In this document: positions 63,985 through 64,000 of the stretch, piece by piece
How the letters are laid out: the number at the start of each line of letters is the position of its first letter
How positions within the stretch are numbered: the stretch's first letter is position 1
Source: an uncultured Bacilli bacterium
GTDB lineage: Bacteria; Bacillota_I; Bacilli_A; RF39; UBA660
Direction: 5' to 3'
NCBI GenBank assembly: GCA_947632115.1
Contig: CANROB010000001.1
Coordinates: 26,161 to 90,160 of the forward strand
Length of the DNA: 64,000 nt
Notes under the pieces: generated by a model
Databases searched by the model: none
What the model saw: only the letters and a program-made list of their open reading frames with translations
What the model was told of the DNA's origin: nothing
Position numbers and translations under genes: made by a program

Positions 63985-64000
63985 AGATTATTCTCTTTTT

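Overview
The window is a low-GC (roughly 30% GC) chromosomal segment of a Firmicute. Sporulation genes (spoIVA, spoIVFA, spoIVFB, a CotD-like coat protein, DacF-like and VanY-like carboxypeptidases) point to a spore-former, possibly Erysipelotrichia-like or Clostridia-like. Several Bacillus subtilis-like synteny blocks are intact: recU-ponA, gpsB-rnpB, rodZ-pgsA, spoIVFA-spoIVFB ... rplU-prp-rpmA, murE-mraY, and ftsY-ylxM ... ffh. Core genes include spoIVA, class A PBP ponA, recU, gpsB, RNase P RNA, mutM, nrdD/nrdG, fmt, two murE paralogs, mraY, pyk, a GH31 hydrolase, a T-box-controlled leuS, RNase J, ftsY and ffh. Accessory content is inserted into the conserved blocks. (1) A roughly 10.7 kb locus sits between spoIVFB and rplU and encodes three paralogous giant Flg_new-repeat surface proteins. 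They share a C-terminal domain of unknown function, and one of them is an inverted, promoterless 3' cassette. (2) A HerA-like ATPase plus a cytoplasmic GDPD/PLC-like phosphodiesterase are wedged between ylxM and ffh. This is the best candidate for an undescribed two-gene system, possibly a defence system. (3) NrdD appears split: the glycyl-radical domain is a separate 58-aa ORF between nrdD and nrdG. (4) LeuRS carries an inserted complete Nudix hydrolase domain. Other notable items are an ECF sigma/PepSY anti-sigma pair with a near-identical tandem duplication, a thioester-domain adhesin with a dedicated sortase (VPDTG sorting motif), tandem murE paralogs with only one carrying DNPR, and a 608-aa protein with a glycine-zipper C-terminus. 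All product calls rest on motif recognition by eye; no searches were run.
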